Part shown: positions 12,551 to 25,500 of the stretch, one piece after another | Position numbering within the stretch: position 1 is the first letter of the stretch | Layout of the letters: each line of letters begins with the position of its first letter | Assembly: GCF_009914755.1 (NCBI RefSeq) | Contig: NC_060935.1 | Strand: one strand, 5' to 3' | DNA length: 64,000 nt | Source: the human T2T-CHM13v2.0 reference genome, Homo sapiens | Notes under the pieces: generated by a model | Databases searched by the model: none | What the model was told of the DNA's origin: nothing | Seen by the model: only the letters and a program-made list of their open reading frames with translations | Translations under genes and position numbers: made by a program

Positions 12551-12837
12551 TGGTTGCAATTTTTAAAGCCCCCTCAGATTTGATTTCTTGTGATAATAGT
12601 CCCTTTACAAAGGCTTTGCTCTGTTTCCCTCTATTTTTATAGCCTTGATTAAATTCAGATGCCTGAAAAAAAGAGAGAAAGATCCACACAGTGAGCCCTC
12701 TGAAAATCCATCCAGCTCTTTTGCCTGCAGCTTTGACCTTGCTCTCATAGGCTGTAGCAGGGTTTATCCATTGCAAAGTTGCAATTAATCATCTGAATGG
12801 CTTTTTCTTCTTTAAATATTCCTTTATTCCCTTTTAG

Positions 12838-12944
12838 GGCAACAGCTATTTTGGCATATTTACCACAAGAACTTCTAGGCACATCGTGTTATGAATATTT
12901 TCACCAAGATGACATAGGACATCTTGCAGAATGTCATAGGCAAG
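12838..12944 (+). CDS. BMAL1: BMAL1 coding exon (PAS-B)
   Basis: ttttag|G...CAAG|gtaag; 107 nt, [35 protein letters not shown]. Confidence 0.97.
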
Positions 12945-14354
12945 GTAAGCTAGGATGTATGAAAGATCTTAAGTTGAAAGTGTCCCCTTGCTTCTAGACT
13001 AGTCAACATGACCTTCCAGGGAAATCTGTCCACTGAGGATGTAGAGTCAGCCAGCCTAGGACTCTTCAGGTCAGAACATCTGTGTGAAGAGGAAGCTGAT
13101 ACCTGCAGGCACTGTTTATCCCCCTTGTAGTTGCCCTGTGCTGACTGCATGGCAGTTTCTGAAAGACATCTCTTGTTCAGAGGGTTTTCCCAGACCCTGT
13201 AAAGATTTAGTATGGCCCAGACTGATCTGATTCTCTTTTCCATTCAAGCCTGCACTACCTCCTGTGTTTTCTGTCTTGACTAATGCTGTGGCTTCATGTG
13301 CAGGCTCCTGAGAGAGACCAACATTGACCCCTTCTTTCACTGTGTCTCCACCAGATCCTGTTCATTCACCTCAGACATGCATTTCCAAAAGTCTACTTTT
13401 TACCACCTCTGCCATCACCCTGGTTCAGGCCCTCGTGCCTACTTAGAGACCTGTGATAGACTTCTCAGGGTTTCTCTGATCCCTCTCACCCCCAGTTCAT
13501 CTTCCATAGTTATCCTATTTATCCCCAGATAGATTGAGCCTGGTAACATCAGCCTGCTTAAAAACCTCCTGCTTTAGACTCAAGCCCAAATGCTTTTGAC
13601 AGGCAATCAAATGTGAGACCTTCCACCTTCTGGCCCCAGCCCACCTCCTCAGTTTCAGTCCCCATCCCTGCCTGCAGAGGCCTGTGCTCCAGGCACACTG
13701 ACCTCACTGGCCTCTCCCCAACCAGACCCTGCTGCTCCTCAGGCACTGCTGGGTTCTTCCCTCCCTCCTTCTCTTGGCAAACTCGTGTTCATCCCTCAAG
13801 GCTCTGATCTCTTCTCCCTGTATAGCCTTCCCTCACTACTCTTCTTGAGGGCAGGAGTCATAGCCTGTCTCCTCTTGTATCTCCAGTGCCTGGCACATGA
13901 GAAGGGCTCATTACATGTTACATGAAAGAATGAGGTTGAATAGGTGAGTAGCCTCTGTTGATTTGGATGTTCTTAGAAATGAGATAAGTTCTATATTGCC
14001 CTTGGGCTTTGTGATTGAGATAAAGCATGACATTTTGGACAGTGCCTTCTCATTTGCTGGTGGTCATGTTAGAGCTGATTCCAGTTAGATGTATAACATG
14101 CAGTCAGTAATTCCCTAGAGCCTCAATTTTACAGACTATGGAAAATCATGACAGCTTCACAAATGAATTGAAAGGCTCTGAGTTAGACCCTCAGAAACAA
14201 CCTATTTCCTGAGTGTTGACCACTGCAGTTTCCTTGGCTTACTAAAGAGCGATGTCGTTGGAGCTCAAGTACCTTTAATATTTTGTATTGGATGTCCTGT
14301 TTAATACTTTGGTCTGAGAAAACAACAATGTCCATGTTTTCTTTACATTTTCAG

Positions 14355-14505
14355 TTTTACAGACGAGAGAAAAAATTACAACTAATTGCTATAAATTTAA
14401 AATCAAAGATGGTTCTTTTATCACACTACGGAGTCGATGGTTCAGTTTCATGAACCCTTGGACCAAGGAAGTAGAATATATTGTCTCAACTAACACTGTT
14501 GTTTT
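14355..14505 (+). CDS. BMAL1: BMAL1 coding exon (PAS-B/PAC)
   Basis: tttcag|TT...TT|gtaagt; 151 nt, (V)LQTREKITTNCYKFKIKDGSFITLRSRWFSFMNPWTKEVEYIVSTNTVV. Confidence 0.97.
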
Positions 14506-15382
14506 GTAAGTACTTTTCCTATATCTGAAGCTCCCCTTGCTTCAAACAGATGCCTAGGGTTCCTCATCTGGGAAATGGGGTGCAGGCAACATCCAGTATC
14601 ACATCCTTTAATGCCATCTTGCTAATACCTGTGAAGCCTCAGGACTGGCAGAAGCTAGAAAGGATTGTTAACAAAGGGACAAGCTTCAGGACTTGTACCA
14701 TGCAGGCCCTGGCTTATGAAACTGCTCCAGGAAATAGCAACATTTCCTTCCAGATAAAGCAGCTAACCTTTGAATTCCACAGGCCCTGCACCCTAGGCAT
14801 CCACTTGTGCTGCTGTGGAGGAAGGGGTTGGCAATCTATGAAAGGCTCATTCAGGCACTAGCTCACACTGGCCTTGGCTGAGGATGGGGAGGTCTCCATA
14901 CCTGTCAGGCAGGGGGCCCAAGCACTGGCAGCTGGAATGCCATCTCAAAAGGCTGCTACCTGCTAGATGAGCAGAGGGAGGTGAAGGAGCCTCTCTTTGG
15001 CCAGGCCTGCTCCCCACTTTTCCTTCCCCATAGTGTCCAAAACCCCACCTATGGTAAGAGCTGTGTGAGGGGCCGGGGCTAGGTGCACTGCAGGCTGGCA
15101 GGAGGAGGTGCTGTAATGATGGCAGTAGGTTACTGCAGCCACCACCTCTGCTGAACTGTGTCCCACACATATTAGGAAGGCCTAGGCAGGCAGTGGGGCC
15201 AAAGGCCAGGATGCTATCCATTATATTATCAAACAGTGAGACCTGTTTACCCACTCAGACAGACACTTCATTTTCTGGCCTGTCCAGGTCCAGAGTGGAC
15301 ACCGGACACCTTGGCCAAGTTGAAAGGTGCACAGTTCTGAGCAGGCCTGACTCACGTTTCCTTATTGCTGGGATGTTCACAG

Positions 15383-15471
15383 AGCCAACGTCCTGGAAGG
15401 CGGGGACCCAACCTTCCCACAGCTCACAGCATCCCCCCACAGCATGGACAGCATGCTGCCCTCTGGAGAAG
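15383..15471 (+). CDS. BMAL1: BMAL1 coding exon
   Basis: cacag|A...GAAG|gtaac; 89 nt, (L)ANVLEGGDPTFPQLTASPHSMDSMLPSGE. Confidence 0.95.
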
Positions 15472-17079
15472 GTAACTATGTGCTGCTGGGGCCCTGGGGC
15501 TTGCCCGTGGGAAGGTGCTTGTGGTCAAATATCCTCCCCTAAAGTATTCAGGGTCCCCTCCATTCATATTCTGTGGAACAAGGGAGGCCTCGAGGGGATG
15601 ATGTGCGGATTTCCCCATGAATGCAGAGGACACTGTCATGTCACTTTCTCTGTTGAGCCGGAATACTAGGAGCTCACTGCTGCACTTCCCAAAGCTGCTG
15701 GCCCCTGGAAGCCCTTGAGCTCGCAAACTCCCTACTCCCCTTGTGCTTTCCTCCTGTGTTGGCTAGTGGCCATGATGTGAAGTGCTCTTTCGTGACTGTC
15801 ACTAACTCCTGTGGTTGGCAGGCAGGTGTCTTTCGGCACCAGGGTGTGTACCATACCCACTGGGCTCCCTTCTCAGGCTCAGCCTTGGCCCTGCCCCTGC
15901 TGTCCACGCTGGACTCATCCTTCCTGGGACCATCCCCACATGCATGGCTGCAGCCCCCATCGATGACTCCCACATCCACATCTCCTGGCCCAGTCTCTCT
16001 CCCGAGCTCCAGATCTGTCTCTCCAAATGCCTCATAGACAGAACCACCTGGAGTCTCAGAGGCACCTGAAATTCAGAATATCCCAAGCTGATTTTCTGCA
16101 CTCCCCTACCTGATTGGTTGTTTAAGCCAGAAACCTGGCTGTTGTCTCTCCCCCATTATATCTAAACACGGAGTCCTGAACCTTCTATCTCTTAAACTTC
16201 GTCACCACTATTGCTATTTCACCCTCCTCATCTGCTGCCTGGATTATTGCAAATCACTTCGCAACTCTAGTCCCCCTCTCCCCACCCCATCCTCCATTGT
16301 AGTTCATTCTCCCTGCCGTGGACTTTCTAATAACCCAGTTCTCATTTGTGCCTTTTCTGTGTATCGTCCTTTGGTACTCCTCATTCCCTTGTGGAAACTG
16401 TCCAAATTCGTTAGTACGGCATCCAAGAGGCCCCTCATGATCGGATTGGTACCTGCTGCCCCAGTTTCATCTATCATGCTCTCATCATCATTTATGATGA
16501 ATTCCTTGGAGGAGTCTCCCAAGTTTTAACCTGCCTCAGTGCTCCTGCACGTGTTGGTTGCTGTGCCTGGAATGCTTTCTCCTCCTTACCTCTCTGCCAA
16601 GCTAATTCATATTCATCTCTCAAGACTCAGCTCGGGGTTAACTTGCTCCAGAAGCTGCACCTGGCCCCAGATGAGTTGGTTGCCTCGTGCTTGCCTGTCA
16701 AACTTACAACATTTTGCTTTAGCCATTGTTCATCTTGTTGGTTTTCCTGTTAAACTGTGAGCTCCTTGAGGGCAGGGACTTGTCTCTGTAACCCTGGCAC
16801 ATACAGTGGTCTTCAATAAACGTTTTTTTTCAGTGCATGAAGGGAAAGAATTAGATGCTGTATGAAGGGAAAAAACTGGCCTCAGATCCTAGAAGGAAAC
16901 TTGAGCCTTTCCCTGCTGGAATGCCTTTTCCTGACAAGCTGTAGCCCTAAAGTCCCTCAAGGCACAACTCTGATGTTGAACTGCAAATGGATCATGGGAT
17001 AAACTGGTTTTACTTTAATACATAATAGTATTTCTTCCTCAGTTTTCCCCTTTCCTACTCTCAGATTCCTTTGTTGTAG

Positions 17080-17188
17080 GTGGCCCAAAGAGGACCCACC
17101 CCACTGTTCCAGGGATTCCAGGGGGAACCCGGGCTGGGGCAGGAAAAATAGGCCGAATGATTGCTGAGGAAATCATGGAAATCCACAG
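17080..17188 (+). CDS. BMAL1: BMAL1 coding exon ending in a GC donor
   Basis: tgtag|GT...CACAG|gcaagt; 109 nt, (G)GPKRTHPTVPGIPGGTRAGAGKIGRMIAEEIMEIH(R); frame is preserved only with the GC donor. Confidence 0.95.
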
Positions 17189-17220
17189 GCAAGTAACACC
17201 TTCTAGTTCCTCTGTTAAAC

Positions 17221-17453
17221 CAGTGGTTCTCAACCCAGGGAAATTTTTTCCCCCAGGCAATATTTTGCAATGTCAGGAGACATTTTTGGTCTTCACAACT
17301 GGGTGGGAGGTTGCTACTTAAACATCCTGTGGATAGAGACCAGGGATGCTGCTTGTTAAACATCCTACAGTAAACAGGACAGTTCCCTCCTCCCCACCCA
17401 ACAAAGAATTATCCAATCCAAAATGTTAGTAGTGCCTAGATTAAGAAATCCTG
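17221..17453. mobile_element. MER20 hAT MITE
   Basis: CAGTGGTTCTCAACC...GGAGACATTTTTGG...GAAATCCTG. Confidence 0.75.
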
Positions 17454-19612
17454 CCTTAAATAAAGAAGCTAAACCAAAATAGCCCAGCGCTAAAGAGAAT
17501 TCTTGAGAAGACTTAACTTTCTTATGGCTCAAGGAGCTTCTCAGTGCGGATAGATGTACCTTTACTTTACAGGAATGCAGGAGTAGAGCTGTGAACTATC
17601 AGAGTGATCTGGACCTTAACAAAACATTCACTTTTTTTCAATCAAAGAGCTGCCCAGGATTAGTACTAGAAACCAAGCAGATCAGCTAGTTATTACTAGC
17701 TGTCTTGGGAGAGACTTCCTTTCCATATGAAAGAGAAGGAGCTTAGAAGCAGTCCACCTGGGTCTGAGTCCTGGGCCTGTCTCTCTACCTGGCTATGCTG
17801 AGACTTACTTAACCTCTTGCTCTCTGTTGATTTAAACCATAAAAAGAAAGCACTATTTCCCAAGAATTGTGTTAGGATTGTGAGGGCACTCAGGAAAGTT
17901 CCAGGAACACAGCCTGACATATAGTGAGTGCTTAAAAATTAATTAAATCTGTCTTTAAGAGCAGTCGAGAGGGAAGCAGTTATCATAAGTCTGTCCAAAT
18001 TTGGGGAATAGAGAAGGTGGTAACCAGATTCTTCAGAACGAAACTTAATGTAACATAAGAAAAGGAAGAAAACACTGCTGCCGCTGGATTCTCTCAGGAG
18101 AATTAGAGGCTGGCCTGTTTTCCAATTGGCCATAAAGGGGCTGTTATCCCCCTATAGGTAACACAGCTCTTTTCCAACCCCACAGGATTAGTGGGTGTGA
18201 CTTCTGCATCAGGAAGGAGACATGAGGGTAGTGTGCAGTGTAATCAGGTTCAAACCCTATACTTTGCATTTGCATACCCTGTATTTTGCTTGAGACCATC
18301 CAAGAACAGTATCAAACAGTCCTTGACCTCAAGAATTTTAAAATCTTTTATAAGTCTATTTTCTTTATGATAACAGGAAAAAGGGAGGGTGCATGGGCCA
18401 AAGCAAGCAAAAGAGGAAAGATTTGAACTTGGCCTTAGCCAGGGTTTGCAATAAGAGTGGATGTTCCCTCTAGAAAAGCCAGGGCTATTCTTGAGTGGGC
18501 ATGTGAGTGGCAAATTCAGGGTCAAGAAACAAGCTACCTAACTGGGCAGGCTTTGTGTAGGAAGGAGACACAGAGCTATGATAGGCGATTAAGAAACACA
18601 AGAAATGATACTGTGCAGTTTGGAAGAAACCTGTAAGACCCCATTTGTTGTAGGATGCTGAACAAGCATCCAAAGTCTTGTGTTACGCTTTGTGGAAGTT
18701 GCATTGGAATAGGGAGAGATGAAGGTGGGCATGTTTGACAACTCAGGAATGAGGCCTTATCCTACAGAGATGACACTGCCAAAAGAGAAATCAATCATCT
18801 AAGGTCTAGCGTTTGAAGATGAAATCAGGAATGATGAAACAGCAATTCCAAGATGAGAAACCTGGGAAAATAGTGGTTTCATAGACATAAGTAGAGAAAG
18901 GTGGGGGACACTCAGCAATTTTTCCGTAAGCAATTAGCAGCCGTTTGTGCATGCTGAGAATACATGATATGTAGTTGTAAACTGCCGTTAAGAAGCTTCT
19001 AATCCAGAAAGAAAACTTGTTCACTCATAAATCTAGAGAACTAGGCAGTACAAGAACCAAAAGACTTCTGGGTGGTGGAGGAGTGGTCTCTGGGTCACCC
19101 AAAAGCTACATTCATCCATGTAGGAGCTGAGAGTCCTGTGGTTACACAACTGCCATCACACTCTCCCTAAACTGTAGCTGCAATGCCAAGTGATGGATTC
19201 TTTCCTGAGGTCCTTCAGCCTGACAAGTATTTAGGTGGATTTACAGTTCTAAGTCTTCCCTTCTATAAATCTTCTGAGAGATATGCTAGATAAGAAAGGC
19301 CTGGACCCATTTTTCATCAACCACTGCCTTCGAAGGCTGCTTTTCCTGTCACTACTACTAGGCTACCTTTTAGACCCTGGTGCCGTCCATGTCCTAAGAG
19401 TATTCACTAGCTAAACAGTGTTTGTGGAGAAGGGGACAAATTGTTTTCTGTGGATCAAAGATGGAGGTTGATCTTAGAAGTTCTCCTCCAATTCACCTGG
19501 ATTCTGTGAGGAAATAAAACTGGCCACTTACTTGAAATTCACCAACTGAATGCAAACTCCAATCCAAGGGCTTTGTCAGTGAGATGCTTGACTCTAGGGA
19601 CTGCATTCTAGA

Positions 19613-19806
19613 TCAGGTGCCTGTAGAACAAATCCAGCTTGTCATCTGTTTTTGTAAATAAAGTTTTATTGGAACACAGCCACACCGATTCGTATCTGTG
19701 GCTGCTTTCAAGCTGCAGAGGCAGAGTTGAGCATTTGTGACAAGACACCATATGGCCTAGAGAGCCTACTATCTGGCCCCTTACAGAAAAAGCTTGCCAA
19801 ACCCTA
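19613..19806. mobile_element. MER58A-like MITE
   Basis: TTTTGTAAATAAAGTTTTATTGGAACACAGCC core; TCTAGA on both flanks. Confidence 0.7.
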
Positions 19807-19903
19807 ATCTAGATCTTCATCCCCTTTCTCACCTTTACCCCTTAACAAAGCACATACACTCCACTGAAAAAAGAAAAGGCAGTGTAATTCTCTTTTCTGA
19901 CAG

Positions 19904-19997
19904 GATAAGAGGGTCATCGCCTTCTAGCTGTGGCTCCAGCCCATTGAACATCACGAGTACGCCTCCCCCTGATGCCTCTTCTCCAGGAGGCAAGAAG
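19904..19997 (+). CDS. BMAL1: BMAL1 coding exon (Ser/Pro-rich, ends in GGKK acetylation site)
   Basis: gacag|G...AAG|gtaag; 94 nt, IRGSSPSSCGSSPLNITSTPPPDASSPGGKK. Confidence 0.96.
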
Positions 19998-22049
19998 GTA
20001 AGACTGATGATTCTTAGCCTAAGCTAGAGAACCTCTTGCCCAAGATCTGAAATGTTGGGGGTGGGAGTATGGAATTGCAACTGCGATTGCTGAAACAATT
20101 TGGACTACTTCCTCCTTGAAGTAAATGCATCTGTGTGAGGCTGGATACAAAGCATACTGGTAGGGCTAGGGAGGCTTGCTGACATCCTCAGAGGCTTTCT
20201 TCCATGTGAGTGGAAGAAGGGAGAAAGAATAAGGAATGGGGAACTGTCAGTTCATTTAATTGAGGGAGCAATTCAAGAGTTCCCATGAGGGAAAGATTAT
20301 TGAGTACCTCACATAGAAAAGTTTCTCATTTTCTGCCAGGAATTTTCAAGGGAGAAAATATTAGTGTCTAGGGCAGGCAATGGAAACAGCAATGCCACCA
20401 GCAGTGCTTTGGAAATCAAGCCATGCTTTATAGCTGCAGAATACTTGGGGATCTGCTGCCTGGGGGTTCCATTGGTGTGACAGCATTGGATCCAAGCAGT
20501 GGATCAATCACCAGCCCTCATGAAGAGCTTGCTATAAGACTACACTATAAATAGGTTTAGGAACCAGTCATTTGTTTTCATCTTTGCTGGAGAACTTATA
20601 AGCCTAGGCCCATCTTAATCGTAAATTATAAATCTGTTTATATTGCCTGATGCCAGTAGAGCTTAGGACAGTTTAAAGGCCATCATTTTGGACACAATGG
20701 CTTCCTTTCCCCATCTCCTAAAACAGAGAGAGAGAATATCAGGAATTTCCATAGGCAGGACTCCTAGGGCACAAACCATCAAAAGCAGGGCAAGGATTTT
20801 CAAAACTGAGCTCCTCGGAGGTTTGTTCAGGTTACCAAGAGCTGTGGTGTTACCAGGTGGGATGGGCGTGGGGATAGTTGCTAAGGAGAGAGGGTAAGAG
20901 TAGAAATCCTGCTTCTACAAGGGCAGCAATACTTCTTTTTTATACAGGAATCTTCTGCAAACATTTCTATTTGAAAAAGCGTTTTGCTCCCCCCAAAAAA
21001 GGTTGAAAGTTAACAAATTAATGGGTAAGACTACAAAGTAAGACCTGGGTTCGAAGCTTGGCCTTGCCATGTGCTAGTTATGTGAACTTGTACAACTTTC
21101 AAGCCCTAGTTTTCTTTATAATGGAGCTAATAATGGTTAGGGTAGCCAGCATCTTTGCACGAGGTCCTACTGTGAGATAATATATGTGAAAGTGCTTGGC
21201 CCAAAATACCACTGACAGATGAAGTCTGAGCTTGGTGTCCCGTGACCCCCGCCCCCCTGCCCACAACACACACACTGCTTGCCAGCTGTCTTCTTAGCTG
21301 TTCTTCTGTTATACCTCCAGGTCCTTCCTGCATATTGGATCCACCATCTTCTTAGGGTGGTCTTCCAGTCTCTGCTTCTTAAGTTAACTTTTAGGCACTT
21401 GACTTGACTCCTGGTATTACCAAGGATTCTACTTCTTGGTTTTGAAAGGTTATCAGTCCAGTATAGGCTTAAATATTACTCAAAGAACTTTCATATACAT
21501 TGTCTCATCTCACCTTCACAACATTATAGTGACAAGATCCAGGCTCCTCAGCGTTCGTTTTATAAGTATGGCCCCCAGGCTACAATCCTGGGCTCATGGC
21601 TTCCAATTCTTTTCACATCAACAACTACCAGAAATCAAAAGCTGTGCTCTGCATCATAAAGCCCCAGCTATTTTTGAGGCACTTATGAAAATTCTCCCTT
21701 TTCTTTGAGAAGAATGGATTATAAAATGGATCTGTGAGAAGAAATTTGGATGTGTTCTCACGAGATGAGTCCTGGGCAGCAGGACTTATAAGAAAAGCAG
21801 CTTAAACAAGACAGTTAAAACTGACAGCAGTATTAAATGGTGCACCATACCCAGCCCTTTCCAGTCACTTTCAAATTTGGAAGGTCCAAAAATGAACCAT
21901 TTAGCCTGCAGTTGTTTGTCAGGATCAAGCTAAAAAGGAAGCCTAAGTGAGCCTCCATAGGTCGCAAGAGAGTACAGACATCCAGAAGCACTAAGGAAAA
22001 TTCAGATAAAGCAGCAGTTCTACAAATGTCATCTGCAGTCTTTTTCCAG

Positions 22050-23710
22050 AAAGAGAGGGGGCACAAGATCCTTTTAAGGGTCTGCAAGGTTAAAGCTATT
22101 TTCTTAATAACATTAAAACGTTAATTTTTTCCCTGTATTGATAATGTGCACTATTCATACTAAAAGCACGGTTGGGTAAAATTGCTGGCATTTTACAAAA
22201 ATCAGACAAGTGGCACCAAACTATACTAGTAGTCATTGTATTCTTCACCACCACACACTCACAGTAAAAAAATAGTTTAAAGCCAGTTTCATTTAAGATT
22301 GTCCATCATGGCTAGGTGCAGTGGCTCACCCCTGTAATCTCAGCACTCTGGGAAGCTGAGGCAGGCAAACTGCTTGAGTCCAGCAGTTCCAGGCAAGTCT
22401 GGGCAACATAGAGAAATCCCATCTCTACTAAAAAATACAAAAAAAAATTATCCAGGTGTGGTGGTGTACCTGTAATCCCAGCTACTCCGGGGACTGAGGT
22501 GGGAGAATCACCTGAGCCCAGGAGGTTGAGGCTGCAGTGAGCTGAGATTGTGCCACTGTACTCCAGCCTGGGCAACCAGAGTGAGACCCTATCAAGGAGG
22601 GAAGGAGGAAAGGAAGGAAGGGAGTGAGGGAGGGAGGGAAAATGTCCATCATTACTTTTATAAAATTCTCAAGCACACATCTTTTTAATGCTCTGTGACA
22701 AAATGAGAAGTACACAGAACTTGTGCTGCATACCAAAGTATGATGTTTGTCTCAAAAACTACTTGTGTGATTAAGTTGTGAGTTGAACTAGCTACTATTT
22801 TCATTGGACACCATTTTTATTGTATATGGTCATTCGGTTTTGGGTATTTAGAATACTTTTTTTTTGGAAATGAATGAAGTGAACCTGTCACTTTAAGGAA
22901 AATGACTGACATTTGTTGCCAATGATAAAATCTGAGCTTTCAAGCAAAAATTGGAATTTTTAGAAAACTTGTCTCTGCTACTTTGACCTTGAGATCTTCC
23001 TAAAACTTAAAAAATGTTGTTGATGAGATAGGGAGTATTAATAATAGTGATATTTTGATGCTCTATAATGAAATGTGTCAATATATAGAAGATCTACATA
23101 ACTCAGTGAACCAATATTTTGTAACTAAACAATGCAAGGTATTTCAAAATCATGTAAGGGTAAAAGATCCATCCTAAGTGCCAAGATATAAAGAGTACAA
23201 AACATTCATTGATATGGTTTCAGATTCCACATTGCAACTCACCTTTAAGAAACTTCTACGTGTCAAGTTTTGAAGTGGTATCAAAAAAGAATACAATTAT
23301 TTGAAAAGTCTATTAAAATATGCCTCCCTTTTCCAACTACTTATCTGTGGGAGGTTGGATTTCCTTCATATACTTGAATCACAAGACGTATCTAAATAGA
23401 CTGAATGGAAAAACATATATGAGAATCCAGTTGAAAATTATTAAGCCAGACATTAGATTTGCAAAAATGTAAGATAATACTCTGCCTGGTAATTTTTTGT
23501 TACTGTTTTAGAAAATAGTTATTTTTCATTAAAATACTATTCATTATTTATGTTAACATGTAGCGGGTTTATTACATTTAAGAAATCTATTAGTTTTAAT
23601 TTCAAATACAGTAAATATTGATAAATACAGCCTACATAAGCAAAAGTTCTTTGGAGTCCTCAATGATTTTTTTAAGAGTGTAAAAGGGTCCCTAGACCAA
23701 AACGTTGCTG
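22050..23710. mobile_element. hAT-Charlie DNA transposon fossil (Charlie1a-like)
   Basis: Resembles recalled Charlie1 consensus at both ends; boundaries approximate. Confidence 0.6.
22310..22640 (+). mobile_element. AluJ with GGA-rich tail, inserted in a Charlie element
   Basis: TSD TGTCCATCAT at 22300-22309 and 22643-22652. Confidence 0.88.
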
Positions 23711-24432
23711 TGGAAATAAAGTAAGTTATAATGCCACCTGCTGGCAAAGCCTGAAATCATTGCTGCTCCTGAAAGCAGCAGCTACCAAACTGTTTCCTCA
23801 CGTATATCCAGATAGGTCTCAAAGAATGCTCTTCTTTGAGACTCAGCCAGGGGAAGGCAGCTGGGGTGAGTGGGGGTGATTTTGAGACAGAGTTCTCTTA
23901 CTGAGTAGTAGTAATAATCCTCCCCAGTAGCCTGTCTTAACTTAAACCACAGGTTACTGAAGTTGGCACCTGTAGTATAAGAGATTTACTTCTGTTTTCT
24001 TCATTTGACTCCTTGAGCTGTGTCTCTTCACAGCTTGTTAACTCCACTTTTTCTTCTTCAGAAATATCTGTCACTATAAGATGTTTTATTCCCTTATAGG
24101 GGAAACGTCTAGCTGGGCTCATTGAAGTTTAGGCATTGGTCCTAAAGAAATATGTGGGCATCATGATTCCAGGCAGTTGAATGCTCTTGGGATTTTATTC
24201 AGCCTTTAAGTTGCCTCTGTGGGCTCACTAAAATGGAGAGAAAAGAATAGTTCGGGGGAGAGGTTTTTTCTTACTCTGACCATGTCTGTCTAACAGTTCC
24301 TTGTTTGAAATCATCCAATAGAAAACTGAAGCCATTTGAAGCTTCTCCCCACCCCACCCCATGCTTCATTTTCCTTTTGGCATTGCTCATAATACTGATT
24401 CAAACTTCACACTTCCCTCCTTTTGTTTGTAG

Positions 24433-24535
24433 ATTTTAAATGGAGGGACTCCAGACATTCCTTCCAGTGGCCTACTATCAGGCCAGGCTCAGGAGAACCC
24501 AGGTTATCCATATTCTGATAGTTCTTCTATTCTTG
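24433..24535 (+). CDS. BMAL1: BMAL1 coding exon
   Basis: ttgtag|ATT...CTTG|gtaagt; 103 nt, ILNGGTPDIPSSGLLSGQAQENPGYPYSDSSSIL. Confidence 0.96.
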
Positions 24536-25290
24536 GTAAGTGGCATCATTATTCGTTTCCATTGCAATGAGCTTGCAAAACATCTTACATAAAGTCAATT
24601 TTAAGAACTGAACTGTGTGAAACAAGCTAATCCTAGATAAATTTGATAGGAACAGAATAAAAGTTTAAAATTTGTTTAAATCTCTAAAAAGTTGACCAGT
24701 ATTTGAGTTTTGGTGGAGGTCCAAGTTTGTGCCTGGAACTCAAGAGGAGGCTACAGCTACCTAGACATAGGCTTTCTCCCATGTGGGGCATAATCTCTTC
24801 AGAGAGAGAAGGCTAATGAAGGTTCAGAGATAATGCCTAGAAGGGTGATTAGTAAGCATATCAGAAGGTATTAAAAGTCATTAAGTGAAAAGAGTTTGCT
24901 TTTCCCATCACATCCATCTTTTTCTCCCCTGGGCTTTCTAGATCTGTTTTTTTCCTAAACTCTCCCTTCCTATTTGCCTTTCTTTTTGTAACTCCTCTTA
25001 ACTGGTTACATCAGATTATTAAAATAAGCTTGACTCAAATATTTTTAACATTTACTAAATTTTAAGCGCTTTGTACTTATTTCTAAAATGATCATTTGAT
25101 TCCTTAGAGCTGTCTCTTCACAACGTAACCCCACTTATTTCTTACGTATTTTTAAAAAATTGGTTCTTTCCTCTAAAAAACAGCGATATAAAAAAAGATA
25201 GCCATGCAGCCCAAAAAGCAGCATCTCACCCTACCATTAAATGTAACTTTCTTATTAAAAATGTGCTTAGGAATTGCTTACTTAATCTGA

Positions 25291-25500
<210 letters not shown>

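Noticed and set aside
17193-17198. GT donor (GTAACA) as the true splice site
   Set aside because: Adds 4 nt and breaks the BMAL1 reading frame.
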